This document shows positions 14,410 to 26,252 of a DNA stretch of 64,000 bases, in pieces. The translations under genes were made by a program, and so were the position numbers. Position 1 is the first letter of the stretch. Each line of letters opens with the position of its first letter. Source of the stretch: Eledone cirrhosa (Eukaryota); the NCBI GenBank assembly GCA_964016885.1, contig OZ024742.1, forward strand, positions 296,794,001 through 296,858,000, in the 5' to 3' direction. The notes under the pieces were generated by a model. The model was not told where the DNA came from, did not search any database, and worked only from the letters and a program-made list of their open reading frames with translations.

Positions 14410-14690
14410 CAAAAATCGGAATTAAGAGTATTCTGCAGTTCACTGTAATAATAATAATAATAGTATTAGCTCAAAGAAGAATAGAGAATTTCCTTCCGAC
14501 CTCAAATGTAAGTATATATTACACAAAGAGAAATGTGTTACACAGTGAGAAGTGTGTAAAGAATTATTACAAGTGATTTTACCGTTACTGTATAGGGAAC
14601 AATATCTACAGGTAAGCAATTAAATAGAAAAAAACCAGATCAGAATCAAATCTCTGGATTGGAATTTTAAATCACAAACCTTATAACTAT

Positions 14691-14791
14691 ATTTTGCTGA
14701 TACGAACCTAGTTTTTCGTTTCACCACCTATATGTGTCACCACCTATATGTGTAGAATAACAGTCCAACATGGATCATCAGTCAGCAAAAT
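14691..14791 (-). ncRNA. Type I hammerhead ribozyme motif (inverted copy)
   Basis: Reverse complement of 15086-15186. Confidence 0.7.
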
Positions 14792-14825
14792 GCAGAATAC
14801 TCTTAATTCCGATTTTTGTATAATT

Positions 14826-14898
14826 AATTGTTTCTACTTTAGGCACTAGGCCAGTAATTACCCAGTGCATTACTGGTACTTTATTTTATCGACCCCGT
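14826..14898 (-). mobile_element. 5'-truncated SINE fragment
   Basis: 3' half of the 8182 family, flanked by the direct repeat TATAATTAAT. Confidence 0.85.
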
Positions 14899-15085
14899 AT
14901 AATTAATGAGCTCCAAATTGTTGAGCTAATAATTTGCATGGTTGGGCTGCACTTTCTAGCATCTTCCCCAATCCATGAGAGCCGTTATTTGATTCGAATA
15001 ACACGTGATTTCGCCCACTCTGGCCCACATGTCTATTTGCAATCTCTCTAGCTATGAAGGTTAGATGTGCAGGATTCAGTCTCGC

Positions 15086-15186
15086 ATTTTGCTGACTGAT
15101 GATCCATGTTGGACTGTTATTCTACACATATAGGTGGTGACACATATAGGTGGTGAAACGAAAAACTAGGTTCGTATCAGCAAAAT
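15086..15186 (+). ncRNA. Type I hammerhead ribozyme motif
   Basis: 10-bp stem I ATTTTGCTGA/TCAGCAAAAT; CTGATGA core (15096-15102); GAAA (15155-15158); stem III ACGAA/TTCGT; GUA cleavage triplet (15174-15176). Confidence 0.75.
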
Positions 15187-15413
15187 ATAGTTATAAGGTT
15201 TGTGATTTAAAATTCCAATCCAGAGATTTGATTCTGATCTGGTTTTTTTTCTATTTAATTGCTTACCTGTAGATATTGTTCCCTATACAGTAACGGTAAA
15301 ATCACTTGTAATAATTCTTTACACACATCTCACTGTGTAACACATTTCTCTTTGTGTAATATATACTTACATATATATATATATATATATTTATATATAC
15401 ATATATATATATG

Positions 15414-15448
<35 letters not shown>

Positions 15449-15449
<1 letters not shown>

Positions 15450-15768
15450 TATCACAAAAAAAGAGAATCAGTGTTGCGACGAATGGAATTTATTGGGCAT
15501 ATTACAATCGTTTCTCTGGCGACCAGCAGATTGCTTCGTAGAATCAAGACATATCTTAGGACCTTGCGATTTTCAGAGTCAGGTTCGATCATCACATCGA
15601 TCATGCCTCAAGCTGGTCGCCAGAGAAACGATTGTAATATGTCCAATAAATTCCATTCGTCGCAACACTGATTCTCTTTTTTTGTGATATCATACTCTGC
15701 TCTATGAGAGAATCGAGTCCTCAAACAGCCTACTGCATACAGACGCTTTAAGCATCCAACACCAATTA
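15449..15768. mobile_element. Fold-back insertion with 79-bp inverted arms and tail, between (TA)n tracts
   Basis: 15449-15527 is the reverse complement of 15612-15690 (1 mismatch); about 78-bp tail. Confidence 0.7.
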
Positions 15769-15777
15769 TATATATAT

Positions 15778-16121
15778 GGAGGCACATGACTTAGTGGTTA
15801 GAGCATTGTCCTTGCAATCGAAAGGTTGTGAGTTCAATTCTCAGACAGGGTGATGTGTTGTTTCCTTGAGCAAGACACTTTATTTCACATTGCTCCAGTT
15901 TACTCAGCTGTAGAAATGAGATGAAAGGGACTGGGGTCCATATCATTCTACTGTAAAGTGGTCGTGGAGGCGCCATGGCAAAAAAGCACCCAGCACTCAC
16001 TGTAAATGAGGTTGCTGTTAGGAAGGGCATCCAGCTGTAGAAATCAAGCCAGAATCAGTTCCTGTCTCACCCTTGCAAGCAGGGAAAAAAGCAGACGTAA
16101 AATGAAATGAAAATGAAATGA
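15778..16121 (+). mobile_element. tRNA-head SINE with CORE-like centre and RTE-derived 3' tail
   Basis: A-box TGACTTAGTGG, B-box GAGTTCAATTC, central CCTTGAGCAAGACACTT...CTCAGCTGTAGAAATG. 15949-16066 matches the RTE family A 3' UTR (about 875-986). (ATGAA)n end. Confidence 0.88.
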
Positions 16122-16365
16122 ATATATACAGTGGGGGACTGGGTTTAAAAATATTGGTTGCCAGGAGATGAAGGCCCACCTACATATAGAATGCGATCAT
16201 TTAATTTTTATAATGAATAAATAACATTTTTGAAAAATACATAAGTGGAAACAAAACAGTGCAATCAAATCTTTGCGGAAAAATATCTTACCTGCTCCAA
16301 TAAAAAATATGTATTTTGTGAAATCCAGAGACTTTCAATAATGACCCTGAATATTACTAATAGCT

Positions 16366-16731
16366 CTAGGAAAGCCATGAATGACACCACTTGGATTTTG
16401 AAAGAAGGTTTATAATTATCAATTTTCATTATGCTTTTGTAGCCGTCTTGGTGGCCTAGTTAGAATCATAGACGGTGGTGATCCTGGTAGAGAGTAGGGT
16501 TCCCGGTAAACCTTTTCATTTTTTGTTTCTATTAGTTGTAAAATAAAAACTGAAAAAGGTTATATGTACCTCTTGACCAGGATTGAACCCAAGGTCAGGA
16601 TCTCCAACGTTTCTGGTATCTACCACTAGGCCACAGAGACAACTCTAAAAATCTTATGAAAATACATACTTATAAACCTACTTTCAAAATTTTCAAAACA
16701 AATTGTCTGGTGTCGTTCATATCTTTCTTAA
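16366..16731. mobile_element. Palindromic MITE containing two convergent tRNA-like segments
   Basis: Imperfect arms: CTAGGAAAGCCATGAATGACACCA...TTTTGAAAGAAGGTTTATAA versus reverse complement TTAAGAAAGATATGAACGACACCA...TTTTGAAAGTAGGTTTATAA. Minus unit has TGGCCTAGTGG and GGTTCAATCC boxes. Confidence 0.7.
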
Positions 16732-16865
16732 TGTTATTGCCCCTACTTAAGGTCAACTTTCAATAATGACCTTTGGTCTTTCACACTCACTCAATATATA
16801 TATATGTGTGTGTGTGTATGTGTGTGTGTGTATATCTATATCTATATATATAATATATATATGTA

Positions 16866-17309
16866 TATCATCATCATCATTATCATCATTTTATGTCCGT
16901 TCTTACAAGATAGCATGAGTTAGACGGGTTGTACTGTTGTGGGCAGTGTCCAGTCAGCTGACCTTGTCTTGCTCATACGGGAACTGATTCTGGCTTGATT
17001 TCTACAGCTGGATGCCCATCCTAACACCAACCTCATTTACAGTGAGTGCTGGGTGCTTTTTTTCCGTGGTGCCTACACATCCACCTTATAGTGTGGGCTG
17101 GGTGCTTTTTTGCCGTGGCACCTCCACGACCACTTTGCAGTGGGGTGGGGGCATATTATCTATATGCTTCAGCTTCAGCTTGTACCCGTCGGAAGTCGGG
17201 TCTTCTCTATTACTGTGTGACGCCAGAGGTCGTGGTTGTGTGTCATCGCACTTGAGAGGTGAAATTGGGTAAGGTCGGCTTTTATCACCTCATTCCAGGT
17301 CTTCTTGGG

Positions 17310-17310
<1 letters not shown>
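16866..17310 (-). mobile_element. RTE LINE family A 3' end
   Basis: RPKKTWNEVIKADLT...RLPTGTS* plus 3' UTR matching about 670-1096; (CAT)n at 16866-16888. Confidence 0.93.
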
Positions 17311-17349
<39 letters not shown>

Positions 17350-18169
17350 CCACCTTCACCACTAATTGATTTGACAGATATCTTTAACCCATTGATACCA
17401 AGTATCATTTGATCAGTAGTTCGTGTGTAAGTATATAAATAAATATATATATATATATATATGCTTGAGTGTCTGTGTCTATATATGTATGTTTGCATGC
17501 ATGAATGAATACACAAAGCTTTAGATTTAGTAGAATGTACAACCACTAATTCCAGCTATTTGCACTATCGCATATTTTGGTTTCTAGTAATTCCCTGGGG
17601 AATTGGTTGACCAAATGCTTTGCTTAATTGTTTTATTTACTTTTTTTTTTTTATTCTTTCTCTTAGATTTCAGGTATTTTTTGAAAGCAAAGCATTGGCC
17701 CCTAAAATACTACAGGGGCCTCTGCAATGCTACCACGGGCCCCCTGGGGCCCACTTACCATTGGGCAAGCTGGCAACCTGACCAGTCCGCCACTCTCTCT
17801 CTCTCTATATATATATATACACTACTGACCTATTTATATCAATAATATATTTAACTGAACAGATGACTTCAATCTCACTGTGGGAATATGTATAAGGTCA
17901 AGCAAAGCTTTCTGTGAGAAATTAAGGGCATGGAAACTGTTTAAAAGCCCCTTAGATGGTCTGTACCAGTAATTAATTCTGCGATGCTGAAGGTGCATTT
18001 GTCAGTGGAATACTGTTTGCACACTAATTTAATGAGTTGAACAACTGGAACACACATCATTGAAAACCTGATGAAAGTCCATCACTATTTTTAATGTTAT
18101 CCCATTGCTGCAGTGTAATTGTAATGTTAGTTATACATTAAACACACAACAAGCATTTTAAGTCCATTT

Positions 18170-18665
18170 CAGCCTTAAAGAAGAGATTAGCCTTCTGAGT
18201 CATCCTCTTTCATCTTTAGTCATATATTTCTGAGTCTTCTTCTTCCTCTAATAACTTCCACATTCATTTCTTTCACTTCTCTTACCCTGGTGTTTAAACC
18301 CTTCATTAACACTTAACTCAGCTATCTCATTCAATTTCTCTTCACAACATCCATTGCTGACTTTAATCATGTCATCCTCTGCAATTCATTGATTGTCTCC
18401 CTCTCTCTCTCTGAGCAATACTCTGTTCATCTACCAAACTATTCTCCTGTTTGTAGTTTTCAGTTTTCTATGATGTTCCAAGTTCATCACCCATGTCTCA
18501 CTCCCATAAATCATGCAGCATAAACCTTTCCCTTCAGTTTCAGAATGCCCCTTCTCATTACCACACTACTCACATCCTTGAACTTCTATACACATTTCCC
18601 TTTAATTACTGTCATCAAGTCTGCTCCACCTTTTCAATTCAATATGTCTCTTAGGCAACAACATG
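18170..18665 (-). mobile_element. Old RTE ORF2 C-terminal remnant
   Basis: Decayed LKGKVY..MIYGSETW and RWLSxVL patterns on the minus strand. Confidence 0.55.
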
Positions 18666-19493
18666 TTTTCACACATACTGAAAGAAAATATCCTGCATAA
18701 TGAAATAGTTCTGGCTCTTTATTAAGAGAAGCACGTAGCAACACCCATAAATCTAGATTTACCATAAATGAACAGCCTAATATAATTCTTTGGCTTGCTA
18801 GTAGAAAGGCGTCGTAAATTATAGAACAAAATTATTTAATAAATTTCAATACTTCATGAGGTTTAAGAAAGACAAAAACAACCGCTACCAAATTCAAAAC
18901 GTTTTGCAAATTAATAAAAAGTAAATGTTTACCACATTTCAAACATTAAAAATATATTCTCCATTATATAATTGTTTATAAATTTATTTGAAAGATTGTA
19001 GTTTAACAATAAGAAATATCATACCCTATTCTGAATATTGTATCTACATATTCCATTTTTTCAATGGTTTCAATCCTTAGTCTTCTACCATTCCAAGATA
19101 CCAACTTCAAGGGTTTTAGTTGATTATATCAGCGGAAAGAGATCTTTGGTCAACTGAACAATCTGAAAAACCTTTGCATATTGGTGCCGTAATAAAATGA
19201 GACCAGTACACTCTATGAAGTGGCTAGAGTTAAGAAGCGCATTCAACTGTAAAAAAAAGGGTTAAGAGGAGTCTTCAATCATATGACAATATGACAATCT
19301 CTCCAGTGCTGGTGGCTTTTTTATTCAGCTGCTGAAGCTATGCCAAAACCAGAAGTACTTTGCAGTGTATACTCGGTACATTTATCATGTAGATCCCCAG
19401 CATTAGCAGGCATTAGCAAGTAGATAATGATCCATCTCCATTCAACTCATGTCGGCATAGAAAAGTGTACTTAAATGATAATAATGACAATGA

Positions 19494-19570
19494 CAATAAA
19501 GTTGATGATGATGATGATGATGGTGATGGTGATGATGGTGGTGGTGGTGATGATGATGATGGTGATGATA
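19494..19570. repeat. (GAT/GGT)n microsatellite following a degenerate RTE 3' UTR (about 19180-19480)
   Basis: Directly visible; upstream sequence resembles the RTE UTR. Confidence 0.8.
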
Positions 19571-19926
19571 TCAACCACTTTAGTTATTTCAAACTAGTAT
19601 ATATTTTATCAATCATTATTTATTGAAAGTGTAACTTACATTTTACCTAAAAGAATTTGACTTAATGTGCCATTTTACACACACCTATGTAAACTTATTT
19701 TGTAGGTTTGTGAAATTATCACACTGAATACGAACTAAATAAAAAGATTCAGATAGTGTTTATAGAGCCATTTGTTTTAAAAGCATCAGCAGAACTTTGA
19801 AGTCCCTCATCACCATCATCACTATTTTACATCAGCTTTTTCATAGTGTATTGGGTTGACGGGTATTAAAAGTACATGTATATATATATATAAAAGTATA
19901 TATGTATATGATATACATATATGTAC

Positions 19927-19967
<41 letters not shown>

Positions 19968-20113
19968 TATATATATAAAAATATATATAATGTGGGTAAT
20001 AATATATATTACCCAGTTACAAGCATGAAAATAGCTCAATGTAAAATAACAAGTATACTACAGAGACGAAATACAGTGTAAGTAACAATCAAAGAGTGTT
20101 TAAAGCATTTAAT

Positions 20114-20160
20114 CACTTATGATTGTTTCATCCAAACCCAAGGCTGGAATCATCGGAGTA
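20114..20160 (-). ncRNA. Decayed hammerhead motif
   Basis: Reverse complement: TACT-CCGATGA-T-TCCAGCCTTGGGTTTGGA-T-GAAAC-AATC-ATA-AGTG. One core U>C change and a stem III mismatch. Confidence 0.4.
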
Positions 20161-20274
20161 GATAACAAAAGTCAAACATAAATATAATATATATATAATA
20201 TATCATAAAAATGAAGATAGGTGCATATAATAAAAATTAGGAGCAGATAAAAGCATTAAATAATTGGCATTTAC

Positions 20275-20333
<59 letters not shown>

Positions 20334-20337
<4 letters not shown>

Positions 20338-20515
20338 TGTTTAATATAGAAATCTGTAGGACTAGTAGAAGTGTTTCATTCAAAAGAAATCATCAGAAAG
20401 GTTTTCCTGATGATTTCTTTTGAATGAAACAGTTCTAGTCTTGTAGAAATCATTTCTATATTAAACATGATGTCTACTAATGTGGTTGCACACAATTAAA
20501 TCGAGGACTAACACA
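20334..20515. mobile_element. Palindromic hammerhead-core element next to (TA)n
   Basis: Imperfect palindrome 20334-20471; CTGATGA-TTTCTTTTGAAT-GAAAC-AGTTCTA-GTC at 20407-20440; homologous to 46356-46545. Confidence 0.7.
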
Positions 20516-20519
20516 TATA

Positions 20520-21062
20520 TCATCATCATTCAACTTCCACTTTCACTGCTAGTAAGATTTGAAAGGGTCTACATAGACGAAGTCTGTGCTGAAGCCTAGA
20601 CAGGCCGGTCTGCATCCTGCTTACATATGGTCATATGTTCTATCGAATGCAGAGCAGTTGTGTCTTTTGACACAAACTAAATGGTCCTTCCAAACTTTTT
20701 TTGGCAAGCTTTCTACAGCTGGATGCCCTTCCTAATACCAACCAATTTACTGCATGTACTGTGTGCATTTAGTGCATAGATCACCAGTACGAGGGAGGTT
20801 GTCATGTCCTTGACACAAAGAACCCTCCCAACCTTTTGTTTGGCTAGCTTTCTACAGCTGGATGTCCTTCCTATCACCAACCACTTTGCAGTGTGTGTTC
20901 CAAGTAGATTACTAACAGAGAGGTTGTTGTGTATTTGATGTGACTAAAAGGTCCTCTCAACCCTTTTAGGCATGCTTCCTACAGCCTTTCCTCTTGCCAA
21001 CTCCACTGGCAGAGCGTACCAGGTGCATTTTTGTGGCACCATCACTAGAGAGGTTGTTTGTC
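20520..21062 (-). repeat. RTE 3'-UTR-derived sequence with three degenerate tandem units of about 135 bp
   Basis: GCTTTCTACAGCTGGATGCCCTTCCTA...CCAACCA recurs at about 20708, 20847 and 20975. Confidence 0.65.
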
Positions 21063-21753
21063 TTATACCCTACTGTAGAACCCTCCCTGCTCTGATGAGC
21101 GGGAATATGGGAGGGAGATAGGTATGAATTTATAGGGGTATGTGGTGATTTGACAGAGCAATGAGTCAGGGGTAGGGCGGCTTATTAGTGTATGGAAAGA
21201 GGGATATATAGTGGTGTGAGAGATGTTGTCAACAGGGGGACATGATGGAGATATATACATATATATGTGTGTACTTGATGGGCTTCTGCACATCTTCTAT
21301 CTACCAAATTCTACTCAGAAACATTTAGTCAACCTAACGCTACAGTAGAAGACATGTGCTCCCAATGTTGCACAGTATGATGAAATTCAGCACCACATGC
21401 TTTGGAAGTGAATGTTTTAACCACACAGACGTATCTATGCTAACTTACAAAATTCAAGGAAATCTATATTTTCAAGTCTACTTTTGTCGTTCATTGAATT
21501 TTAATAATAATTGCTTAAGATTTTATTAATTTCAAAATGGAAATTTAATAAATTATAATTAATAATGAATTGGCATAATGAATTTAATTTTAGTTTCTAT
21601 TTGATTCATAATTCCTTGAGATATACCTAAGAAACTATTTCTATAAGTTCCTAAATCAAGTCAACACAGTTTTTAAAAACACTGATTTTTAGATAACTTT
21701 ACAAGGAGAAAGCAAGAAGAGAGAAATGAAATATAGAGAAGTATGAAGAAATA

Positions 21754-21905
21754 ATCGTTTCTACATTTGGCACAAGGCCAGTAATTTGAAGGGAAGGGGA
21801 AAGTCAAATAAATCGATCACACTGCGTGACCAGTACTTATTTTATCGACCCCATAATGATGAAGGTAAAGCTAACCTCAGCAGGATTTGAACTCAGAACA
21901 TAAAA
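21754..21905 (-). mobile_element. SINE (8182 superfamily)
   Basis: GTTTCTACATTTGGCACAAGGCCAG...TTTATCGACCCC...GGATTTGAACTCAG. Confidence 0.85.
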
Positions 21906-22121
21906 TGCCATAACTCTATTGACATTAGTGGTTTAACAAGTGTGTTTTGCAATCATAAGTTTCTTGGTTTGATCTCACTTCATGGTATCTTCTTTAGCAA
22001 GTGCTATTCACCATAGCCTCAGTTTACCCAAGCCTTGAAAGTACAATTGGGCCCTTTATATCCTGAGTTCAAATCTATATTTTTTTGAAAACCTAACTAT
22101 GGTGTCTACTCTAACAACAAT

Positions 22122-22333
22122 GGTCTCTGCTTTAGGCACAAGGCCAATAATTTTGGGGTAGGGGAAAGTCGAATAAATCAACCCCAGTGTGTTACTGGTA
22201 CTTTATTTTATAGAAACTGTAAGGATGAAAGGCAAAGTTAACCTCAGCATGATTTGAACTCAGAACGTAAAGGGACGTAACTATATACCGCGAAGCATGT
22301 TTTCTGATGCTCTACTGATACTGCCTATCCATC
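22122..22333 (-). mobile_element. SINE (8182 superfamily)
   Basis: Same core and B-box complement GATTTGAACTC. Confidence 0.85.
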
Positions 22334-25300
22334 GCTCTGTCTACTCTAACAATAATAATGCTTGACAAAGATTGATTCTTGTTAGAATGAAGGGAAACAA
22401 TTTTACTTCAAAGTGTAGCATTGGTAAAAATATTTCAATGGAAATATTTAAAAGTGGGCAAACTTCAAACAATTGAAATGGCAACATTGAAAAAAATAGC
22501 AACAGTAATAAAGACAGTGACATCAACAATTACAACAACAGCAGCAGCAGCTATACTGCGAATGGCAGCAATATTCACAACAATTTCTACTACAGACTTT
22601 TGTCTTGAGATGGAGAATTGTCCTGCTCTGTTGAGCACAACAATTTGTAAGTGTAACAATAATAAAATTAAGAAGAGCTTCTCAACATATACAACCACGC
22701 ACCCTTACTACCTATTCTAGTTCCTTGAATTTTGAGAACAAACCAGCTTTGGTGTTCCTCATTTCAGAGTCTCCTAATAAATTACCTGTCTAGGCAGTGG
22801 GTACTCATGGAGTCATTAGAGCATCAAACAGGATGCCTTGCAGTATTTATTCCAGTGCCTTGAGTTCTGAGTTTTAACCTGCTGATGTCAATTCTGCTTT
22901 ACATCCTTCTGAGATGGATAAATAAAGTATCTGTCATGGGTGGTGAACTGGCAGAATTATTAGACAAGATACCAGATTGTATTTGATCTGGCTTTTTGCA
23001 TTTGTCATTGACTCCAACTATAGCCTAAATGGAGTGTAGACTGTATCTGTGACTTGATTTAATACTACCATCAGGACAATGAGTGCCTTTAGGAAAGTTA
23101 ATTCTATTGTAAGCATTCAGGTTATGCCTCTAGTTTCAGGATACTTTCCACCTTCCTTCCCTCCTACTAGGCTCAGAGACAATGGAAATGATTAAGCTAA
23201 TGATCACTGCCCCTTCTTTTGACTAAGCAATAAAAAAAAAAAGCAACAAATCTTTTTTTTTCTTTCTACTATTTCTACTCAGTGTTGTTATTCTTGCAAA
23301 TATTTCACAAATTGGATGGTATTTTAAAGGTGAGAAAGACGTGCAAAAAGAAATCTTTTGAGATAGTGAAGTATCTTGAAGAGTAAATTAGACACGGTGA
23401 CATGACAGAGACAACAGCCAATGAAATATCACGTGCAATATAATCAGCCTCTTAAAGTTGAGAGTAATTCTAAAATTATTGAGTTTAACCAACTGAAATG
23501 ACAACAGCACAGACAAAGTGTTAATTTAAAATATTTAAGAAAACAAAAATAGCAAATTATGTTTTTGTATCTGGTAGAAGATTCAATCCAATTTCATTTT
23601 GAGAATATGAATTATGAATATGGCAGCTGGTTTTAAGCACCATAGACCAACAAACGTGTTTAAAGAAAACTTGAATCTTCAGACCACCTTGATCTTCATT
23701 TATAGTTGTTTTACTATGGTTTTCTTTCTCCTCTTAATATTTTGAGTATTGTGTCAACTTGTGTTTTTATCATAGCTCACACATGCACAGGTTTAGCCAA
23801 CCCCATACGAGGCTGTATCTCATAGGTTTCTTGTGTGTTTTAATAAGGGTCCCAGTCCCATCATGGCACAAGTTGCCCAGTAACAGCGGGTAGGATTTAA
23901 ACTCAGAATGCACTACAGAGGCAGAACAAATACATTCTGTATTTATCGATGAAAGGCAAAGGCGACCTTGATAGAATTTAAACACTGAGCACAGATGACA
24001 AGAAAAAATACTACAAGGCACTTAATTATTTGTTTCAATTACTCTGCTAATTCGCTGCCTTACCAATATTATCTGAGGTTCTACAAAGAAATTATAGAAG
24101 CATACACCTCTTGAAAGAAAAAGCTTTATTTGAATATGTAAAAGAGATGATAATTATACAATAATGGATCTTAAGAAGGTTTTAAAATTCTAAAAACTAA
24201 ATGGTATTTGATATTTAATATAAGATTTAAGCATAAAATTACTGATAGGAAATTAAATAAATTTACATAAAATATGAAAGTTTATATGAATATATGAAGC
24301 TTTGAAGATAATTGAAGGAAGATTAAATGGGCTACATAAAATTTTGAGTAGATACTTCTTAGCATTGTTTTGATTTCATCAATTGAATGAAACACTGGTC
24401 ACTTGTCAATAGTTAGTGGTGACATAGGTTCAAACCTCAATACTGATGCTACATGAAATGGCTTAAATCACAATTTCTCACTGCCTTCTATCCCATATCT
24501 CTAATATTTCATTTAGAAGTTTAACCCTGTTGTGACCATAAATTTATGAAGAATATATTCTGCCTTTGTGTTTTGATTTTCAAAATAATCAAGAATTATG
24601 AGAGTTATAGTGAAATAACAAATTTTCAGTAGAATACCCAGCCTCTTACATATTAATTCATGTGGTGGGTGTTCAGTTGATCAAACAACAGGGTACACAT
24701 TGCCAAAACAGACAGAGTTGGTGCAGCAACTTAGTTTTGAAAATTATCATTGATACTTGAAATTAAAAGAAAATAAACAAAGGCAAAAATGAAAGTAAAG
24801 AAGTTGCTCATTAGATCAGATAATGAAATTATTATTCTATTAATCATTTCATTGCTGATACTATTGGTCACAACTACTGGCAGACACATCACCACGTTTC
24901 TGGTGACACAAGAGGTGAAATTCAAACTTAGAATACACAGAACTAGAATAAATACTGCAAGGAATCCTGCCCACCACTTTGATAATCCTGCCATTGGACT
25001 GAGTTCTCTATTTATTAACCTGTGAGAAGATGAAAGACAAAGTTCAAATCAGTGAGATTTAAATACAGAGCTCAGAGAACCAGAACAAATAACAAGGCAT
25101 TTAATCTGATGCTCTAAAATTTCTGCAATTTCCCTAGCATAAATGAATAAATATATAAAGATTTAACTCGTCCATTTTTGTCTCATCTGATAGTCAGAAC
25201 CCAACATGAAAATTAAATCACTTTTCATTCAACATGAATTGGTCTTAGAAATGAAATAAGATGAAATAACAAACAAAGAAAAAGAAGTTATATTTTGTTG

Positions 25301-26252
25301 TTTATATACTTCTTGTAATTCCAAGTCTTCCATAAAAGACTGCATGTTGAAATCAAAAGAAAGCTTTGTTAGAAGCTTGTTCTTTTCAAATCACATTAAA
25401 AATAAAAATGTTATTCTTTTCCTTTGATCATTGGCTCTCTAAGAATAAGAGAATTCTTCAGTTATGGAGGAAAACAATTCTTTTGCTAACTTGTTTTATC
25501 TTTTACACTCTTCAATTGTTTCAACTTGTCAATTAGTTTGTGTTCCCTCTCAAATATATGACCACTACTTTTAATCCAATTTCATTCAACCAGTGCAAGC
25601 AAGGGGTGGTGAGTTAGTAGAATCGATAGACCATTAGTCAAAATGAATAGCAGTATTTGCTCTGGCTCACAATGTTCCAAGTTTAAATCCTACCAGTATC
25701 AGTTTCACCTTTCCTCCTCTCCTTCTGAGATTGATAAAATAAGGTACCAGTCAAGTACTGAGGTTCATTTAATTGACTTTTCCTTCCATCCAGTTTGCTG
25801 GCTTTGTGTCTAAATCCAATCAACAGCTGTTATTAAACATTACTTGAAATATAACATAATTGCAGTTTTATTAGAGTTTTCTTTTTAGAGAGAAATGGGT
25901 ATAAATTTTAACTATCAAAACTTGAGACTTAAATATAATGAAATTTCTCATAGTTAAAAGTTCACTTTGCAACCATGTGTTTTGATGGGTCCAGTTCCAC
26001 TATAAGGCAGTTTGTGCAGGTTGACGAATACATTGTGAAAACCATTTGGGAAATGAAACTGTGTAGAAATCCATCCTGTGTGTATATGTCATGTGTGTGT
26101 GTGTGTGTGTGCATGCATGTGTGCGTTCATGTCTGTATTTACATTTATTGTTTGTTTTTGATCCTTGACATATCTCTGTGATTAAAAGTGATCTATATAG
26201 TAAGTACCAGATTTTAAACATATATATAGTAAGTACCAGATTTTAAACATAT

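Larger units (their letters stand above)
14409..15372. mobile_element. Fold-back insertion with about 288-bp inverted arms carrying hammerhead motifs (Penelope-like derivative)
   Basis: 14506-14793 is a near-perfect reverse complement of 15084-15372. A second 30-bp inverted pair at 14409-14438 / 14791-14820. (TA)n on both sides. Confidence 0.7.
16129..17795. mobile_element. Non-autonomous DNA transposon (hAT-like termini) containing nested insertions
   Basis: CAGTGGGGGACTGG at 16129 versus CCAGTCCGCCACT at 17782-17794; subterminal GGTTGCCAG at both ends. Confidence 0.5.

Noticed and set aside
16570-16642. Possible true tRNA gene (also the SINE heads at 15778 and 8362)
   Set aside because: A/B boxes are present but I could not form a proper acceptor or anticodon stem; all are embedded in repeats.
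22596-22646. AG...GTAAGT-bounded 51-nt possible plus-strand exon
   Set aside because: No recognisable protein similarity or partner exons; splice-like motifs alone are insufficient.
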